From Candidatus Saccharimonadota bacterium (lineage in GTDB: Bacteria > Patescibacteriota > Microgenomatia > UBA1406 > GWC2-37-13): a stretch of 32,000 nt of DNA. Under the pieces are notes generated by a model, which was not told where the DNA came from, searched no databases, and worked only from the letters and a program-made list of their open reading frames with translations. The DNA lies in the NCBI GenBank assembly GCA_016700135.1, contig CP065004.1, forward strand, positions 480,001-512,000, in the 5' to 3' direction. Position 1 is the stretch's first letter. Every line of letters begins with the position of its first letter. Of the stretch, positions 31,787-32,000 are shown one piece after another. The position numbers and the translations under genes were made by a program.

Positions 31787-32000
31787 ATGGACCAGCATCC
31801 TATACCACGTCAGATTACGACATTTGAATTTAAACTGATCGGGTTTATGACCCTGAAGCAGTTTTTGTATCTTGCCATTTTCTTTCCGATAGGATTTATC
31901 ATCTATAAAGTAGTTCCCGTTGCTTTTTTGAACGTCCTTCTGGGAGTGCTTGTCGGTGCTGTGGGGATAGCGTTCGCATTTATTCCGATCCAGGACAGAC
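31787..32000 (+). CDS. PrgI-family (VirB3-like) T4SS membrane protein, N-terminal part (runs off the right edge)
   Basis: Manual translation from ATG 31787: MDQHPIPRQITTFEFKLIGFMTLKQFLYLAIFFPIGFIIYKVVPVAFLNVLLGVLVGAVGIAFAFIPIQDR... This is the typical PrgI opening (P..I...E.KL.G..T.KQF.YL) plus a TM hairpin. Confidence 0.6.
   Translation, partial: MDQHPIPRQITTFEFKLIGFMTLKQFLYLAIFFPIGFIIYKVVPVAFLNVLLGVLVGAVGIAFAFIPIQDR

Noticed and set aside
1-32000. Search for CRISPR arrays, IS elements or transposases, rRNA and prophage genes.
   Set aside because: I saw no regularly spaced direct repeats, no transposase-like or phage structural ORFs, and no rRNA-like conserved strings. The only recombinase-like gene is the Xer homologue.

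Overview
This looks like a 32-kb origin-proximal chromosomal segment of a small-genome, fairly AT-rich bacterium. The gene content suggests a CPR/Patescibacteria-like organism: a T4SS-type pilin, PrgI, SpoIID, Pro/Thr- and Cys-rich surface proteins and sparse metabolism. That taxonomic call is inference only. All family calls come from reading motifs by eye; no searches were run.

Gene order, left to right:
- comF (partial, missing from the ORF track), dnaA, dnaN
- AI-2E transporter, GAF-ANTAR regulator, membrane-anchored hypothetical, glnA, aldo/keto reductase
- pgi and a PMI-like cupin protein (minus strand)
- an envelope/surface cluster: secreted Cys/PT-rich protein, two small membrane proteins, UbiA-type prenyl/phosphoribosyl transferase, pilin with an extra C-terminal domain, coiled-coil SpoIID
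- PEBP, acyltransferase-3, signal peptidase I fused to a CAP-like domain, MarR, membrane protein
- a PIN-like protein resembling HARP (RNA-free RNase P)
- nrdR and nrdJ (B12-dependent RNR) with a clear terminator
- a frameshifted Cys/PT-rich surface gene, PduO-type adenosyltransferase, pterin-4a-carbinolamine dehydratase
- a well-matching cobalamin riboswitch in front of two uncharacterised genes
- trxA, a Xer-like protein lacking the catalytic Tyr/Arg/His, rnhA, PrgI (partial)

I recognised no rRNA, tRNA, CRISPR array or transposase.

Most interesting observations:
1. A B12 riboswitch (27806-27957) controls an unknown 427-aa double-Cys4 protein, in a locus that depends on AdoCbl.
2. A HARP-like protein-only RNase P candidate.
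3. A tyrosine-recombinase homologue with three catalytic substitutions.
4. -10 boxes sit 5-9 nt upstream of start codons with no Shine-Dalgarno, implying leaderless mRNAs.
5. A surface-protein gene is split at a G6/C6 tract.
6. A 20-nt motif recurs in intergenic regions.
7. A GAF-ANTAR regulator lies near a structured glnA leader.
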